Origin: an uncultured Gemmatimonadales bacterium
GTDB lineage: Bacteria > Gemmatimonadota > Gemmatimonadetes > Gemmatimonadales > GWC2-71-9
Assembly: GCA_963730185.1 (NCBI GenBank)
Contig: CAVSQW010000013.1
Span: forward strand, 1 to 64,000
DNA length: 64,000 nt
Reading direction: 5' to 3'
The notes beneath the pieces were generated by a model. That model did no database searches. It had not been told where the DNA came from and saw only the letters and a program-made list of their open reading frames with translations. Made by a program: the position numbers and the translations under genes. Below are positions 60,581-64,000 of the stretch, in pieces (position 1 is the first letter of the stretch; each line of letters starts with the position of its first letter).

Positions 60581-60994
60581 TCACAGGTGGACGGTCCAGG
60601 CCCGTTGGATCAAGCCGTGCTTGATCTCGTACATCCACACGGCGTGGGCTCGCTGTCCGGGGGGCGCGTCCCACCGCTCGTAGTCGAGCACGAAGGCGCC
60701 GTCGACCACCCGGGGCTCGACCCGGACCGGCGGCGCGTCGGCCGTCCGCGATCGCAGCATTCCGGCGTAGCGCTCCCGGATGGCCGCCTTCCCGGCCGCG
60801 ATCACGTTGCCCGAGGGGAACTCGAGCACCACCGCGTCGTCGGCGTACAGGGTCATGAAGGCATCGAGGTCGCGGCGGTTGAACGCGTCGATCTGGCGCT
60901 CGGCCACCCGGAGGGAAACCGAGTCGGCGGTCTGGGCCCGGGCCGCCGCCGGCGCCAAGACCGCCGCCGCGAGCGCCCATCGGATCACGCTCAT
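60581..60994 (-). CDS. Secreted SnoaL/NTF2-like protein
   Basis: Signal peptide; QIDAFNRRDLDAFMTLYADDA, GKAAIRERY and YEIKHGLIQRAW. Confidence 0.88.
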   Translation of the reverse strand: MSVIRWALAAAVLAPAAARAQTADSVSLRVAERQIDAFNRRDLDAFMTLYADDAVVLEFPSGNVIAAGKAAIRERYAGMLRSRTADAPPVRVEPRVVDGAFVLDYERWDAPPGQRAHAVWMYEIKHGLIQRAWTVHL

Positions 60995-61716
60995 GGGGTG
61001 CGCTCCGGTTCGGCCGGCGAAACAACCTCAGGTGGTGCCGTCGCGCGCCGCCGGCGGGCCCCGAGCCGACCCTCCTCGTACCAGCGCCGGGTGATCTCGC
61101 CGGCGAGCTCCCGGTTGCCGAGTCCGAAGGCGAGGCCCACCGCCAGCCCGATCGCGCCCAGGATGACGGTGAAGGTGGCGGTGACGATCTCGGCCGCCAC
61201 CCCGAGCTGCTGCATCGCCATGAACACGGCGATCAGCACCACCGTGGCTTTGGCGACCTTGGCGAGGGTAGGCACACCCTCGACCCGTCCGGCGGAGGCG
61301 AGTACCAGCCCGCGGACGAACTCGCCCACGATCATCCCGAGGATCACGATCGCGATCGCCGCGATGAGGGTCGGGATGTAGGAGAGCATCGTCCCGAACA
61401 TCTCGTTGATGCTCTCGAGGCCGAGGGCGGCGCTGGCCAGGAGGATCGCCACCAGCATCACCAGCCAGAAGAGCAGCTTACCGACCGCGTGGACCGGGTC
61501 GAGCCGGGGGCCTACCCGTTCCATGGCCTCCGAGAGTCCGCCGGCCTCCGCCACCTTGTTGAAGTTGAGCCGTTGGAGCAGGGCGTCGGTGGCTCGCTCG
61601 ATCTGGCGAGCCAGGACATAGCCGGCGACCAGGATCGCGAGCGCGGCGAGGAAGGCCGGGAGGACGCCGGCCAGCTCACCGAATCCGGCCATGAGCCGGT
61701 CCCAGAGCGAATTCAT
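60991..61716 (-). CDS. MscS-associated TM-helix repeat membrane protein (CmpX-like)
   Basis: YIPTLIAAIAIVILG; MAMQQLGVA; AVGLAFGLG. Confidence 0.85.
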   Translation of the reverse strand: MNSLWDRLMAGFGELAGVLPAFLAALAILVAGYVLARQIERATDALLQRLNFNKVAEAGGLSEAMERVGPRLDPVHAVGKLLFWLVMLVAILLASAALGLESINEMFGTMLSYIPTLIAAIAIVILGMIVGEFVRGLVLASAGRVEGVPTLAKVAKATVVLIAVFMAMQQLGVAAEIVTATFTVILGAIGLAVGLAFGLGNRELAGEITRRWYEEGRLGARRRRATAPPEVVSPAEPERTP

Positions 61717-62746
61717 GGAGTAACCTCGATGACGACCTTCCCAAAATGGGCCCCGCCTTCGAGCCGCGCGTACGCCTCCGCCCCCCGCTCGAGGGGGAAC
61801 ACCGCGTCCACGGGCGGGCGGAGGGCGCCCTGATTGGCCACGGCCATCATCGCCCGGAACTCGGCCGAGGTGCTCATGGTGGAGCCGAGCAGGCTCCACT
61901 GGAACCAGAAGAGCCGGCGGAGGTCGAGGCTCACCTGCGGGCCAGTGGTGGCCCCGCAGGTTACCAGCCGGCCGCCGGGCCGGAGGGCCCGAAGCGACCG
62001 GTCCCAGGTGGCTTCGCCGACCGAGTCGACCACGACGTCGGCGCCGACCCCGGTCAGGGTCCGGACCTGACGGGTTACGTCATCGGTCCCGTGATTCAGC
62101 AGCACGTCGGCGCCGAGGGCCCGAGCCCGCTCCAGCTTGGCGTCGGAGGAGCTGGTCACCACGACCCGGGCCCCAAGGTGTTTGGCGATCTGGAGCGCGG
62201 CGACCGCCACGCCCCCCCGATCCCCCAGATCAGGACCGTCTCGCCGGCGGTCACACGAGCCCGGGTGACGAGCATCCGCCACGCGGTCAGGGTCGCCAGC
62301 GGCAGGGCCGCGGCCTCGGGCCACGACAGGGCGGGCCCGATCATGGCGAGGTTCCGGGCCGGGACCACCAGATACTCGGCCGCCGTTCCCGGGAAATGCT
62401 CGCCGATTACCCCGAACGACCGGCAATAGGGCTCGTCACCGGCCTGGCAGAGCGGACAGTGGCCGCACGAAAGGCCCGGGTTGAGGACCACCCGGTCTCC
62501 CGGAGCTAGCCCCGTTACGCCCGAGCCGACTTGGTCGACGATCCCGGCGGCGTCGGTTCCCACAATGTGTGGAAAGCGCAGCTTTGACCCCGGAAGTCCT
62601 TGCAGGACAAAGAGATCGAGGTGATTTATGGCGGCCGTGCGCACCGCGATCCGGACCTGGTCAGAGGCCTGAATCTCGGGATCGGGCAATTGGGAGAGCC
62701 CGAGGCGGTCCAAACCGCCAAGGCCACTCAGCGTCAGAGCTCGCAT
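61713..62746 (-). CDS. Zinc-binding MDR dehydrogenase; frameshift in the G-run at 62212-62218 (likely sequencing error)
   Basis: NHLD, CGHCPLC...C; an eighth G restores WGIGGGVAVAALQIAK; C-terminal GKVVI. Confidence 0.88.
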
Positions 62747-62852
62747 AGCTTGAATTGGCAGCTAGGATGTGCAAGATATAAGACGCGTCCGCGCGGCGCC
62801 CGGGAAGCTCTGCGCGAATTCACGCCAAATAGCCCGTTGGGAGGAAGTCAGC

Positions 62853-63335
62853 ATGGCCGCGTTCCACGATATGGAAATGGGTTGGTCTGGCTCCGGGTGG
62901 ATGGAACCAATGCCATCGTCGCCTCCTCCTCCTCCGCCGCCGCCGCCGGAGCCGGTTTCGCCGCCGCCCCCGCCGCCGCCCCCGCCGCCTCCACCCCGGC
63001 CGGTCGCGGCCAAGCCGGCCGCCAAGAAGCCGGCCGCCGTCCCAAAGCCGGCGGCCAAGAAGGCAGCCGCCAAGAAGCCGGCCGCCAAGAAGCCGGCGGC
63101 CAAGCGGAAGGCGGCCAAGAAGAAGGCGGCCAAGCGGAAGGCGGCCAAGAAGAAGGCCGCTCCAAAGAAGGCGGCCAAGAAGAAGGCGGCCAAGAAAAGG
63201 GTGGCCAAGAAGAACGCTGCGAAGAAAAGGGCCGTGAAGCGGAAAGCCGCGCCCAAGAAAAAGTCGGCGAAGAAATCCGCCCGGAAGCCCGTGAAGAAGG
63301 CCGCCAAGAAGAAGGCCGCTCGGCGGAAGCGGTAG
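62853..63335 (+). CDS. Poly-proline / Lys-Ala-rich histone H1-like basic protein (160 aa)
   Basis: GGGAGG RBS; AAG/GCC-biased codons; many (P/K)AAKK-type repeats; followed by a terminator. Confidence 0.8.
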   Translation: MAAFHDMEMGWSGSGWMEPMPSSPPPPPPPPPEPVSPPPPPPPPPPPPRPVAAKPAAKKPAAVPKPAAKKAAAKKPAAKKPAAKRKAAKKKAAKRKAAKKKAAPKKAAKKKAAKKRVAKKNAAKKRAVKRKAAPKKKSAKKSARKPVKKAAKKKAARRKR

Positions 63336-63355
63336 CCTCCGTCCGGACGGAGCTG

Positions 63356-63393
63356 GGAGGCGCTCTCCGGCCTGGGGGGCGCCTCCTTTCGTT
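63356..63393 (+). terminator. Probable intrinsic terminator
   Basis: GGAGGCGCTCTCC...GGGGGGCGCCTCC stem followed by TTTCGTT; preceded by the palindrome CTCCGTCCGGACGGAG (63337-63352). Confidence 0.65.
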
Positions 63394-63413
63394 GACCCGG
63401 GAGACGAGCCGTG

Positions 63414-64000
63414 ATGGACGCATCGCTCAACGAGCTCACCCGCTATTTCGCCGACCGCCCCAATCGGGCCGGCGTGCTGGCGAGGTCGTGGTTGGGTCGT
63501 CGCTCTCGCGACGACGACCGCCACCGAGATCACCTCGTTACGGCCGCGGCGGCCTCGATCGGGACCGATGGCAGCGTCCGGAGCAGTCTCCTCGCCACCG
63601 CGGTGACGCTGATCGAGCTCGACCGCCTCGAAGCCCCGGCGCCGGTCCGCGACCCCTTGATCCGCTGGTTGCTGGGGCGGCAGTTCCGCCCGGGCGCCTT
63701 CTCCGAGGGGTGCACGGCGGCCCGGCATCAGCACCGGGTCTGCGAGCATTTCCTGAGCGGCTTCTTCTCACCGGCCTCGCCGGCGCAGCGGGCCGCGCCG
63801 ATCACCCTCCCGAATGGCAAGGAGTTCCGGGTCGAGTCGCAGGTCAGGTTCGTCTCGAGCTGCGTTGCCCTGGATGCTCTGGCTCGGTCCGGGCGGACGC
63901 ATGAGCCCGGGGTAGAGCGACACCTCGATAGCTTCGAGGCGCTGCTCGACGAATGGTCCGCCTGGGGCGAGTTCCTGCCGCCCGACCTGGCCTGTTCCGC
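63414..64000 (+). CDS. Hypothetical protein, truncated by window end
   Basis: Open frame [12 protein letters not shown]...[16 protein letters not shown]...[10 protein letters not shown]...LPNG... to the end; GGGAGA upstream; absent from the ORF track because it has no stop. Confidence 0.75.
   Translation, partial: MDASLNELTRYFADRPNRAGVLARSWLGRRSRDDDRHRDHLVTAAAASIGTDGSVRSSLLATAVTLIELDRLEAPAPVRDPLIRWLLGRQFRPGAFSEGCTAARHQHRVCEHFLSGFFSPASPAQRAAPITLPNGKEFRVESQVRFVSSCVALDALARSGRTHEPGVERHLDSFEALLDEWSAWGEFLPPDLACS

Noticed and set aside
57040..62220. Frameshifts in the HEAT lipoprotein (~57068) and MDR dehydrogenase (62212-62218) as pseudogenes, phase variation or programmed frameshifts
   Set aside because: Both are single-base losses in G/C runs on a contig with evident long-read indel errors, and both halves of each gene look undegraded. 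Reads are needed to exclude phase variation at the G7 tract.
62762..63439. Antisense FLAA-repeat membrane-like ORF and CCG microsatellite
   Set aside because: These mirror the Lys/Ala/Pro-rich plus-strand gene, which has the RBS and terminator.

Overview
Very GC-rich (roughly 70%, by eye) bacterial chromosomal DNA. The gene content (orphan ADOP-type permease, secreted beta-propellers, S9/M1 peptidases, amidases, ECF-HEAT operon) suggests Gemmatimonadota, but that is an inference. The first 20.9 kb is one spacerless palindrome: 1-10440 is the reverse complement of 10447-20884, folded at GGTACC (10441-10446). It mirrors six genes: lytic transglycosylase, MFS transporter, gluQ, beta-propeller protein, ADOP permease and S9 peptidase. 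Indel bursts that differ between the arms point to a long-read fold-back artefact, although a hairpin telomere cannot be excluded without reads. One gene carries a frame-preserving cluster of substitutions between the arms, which looks like two real alleles. The unique 43 kb encodes an ECF sigma/FecR/TonB-dependent transducer locus with a shared promoter-like motif, an ABC permease-M1 peptidase fusion, peptide and amide hydrolases, and a Zn-ribbon-PAS-degenerate GGDEF protein. It also holds IorAB, an ECF/anti-sigma/two-HEAT-protein operon, a poly-Pro/Lys-Ala histone H1-like protein, and two related heptamer-periodic hairpin elements between convergent genes. I recognised no rRNA, tRNA, CRISPR array, transposase or phage gene. 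A few single-base frameshifts in the unique region look like sequencing errors.
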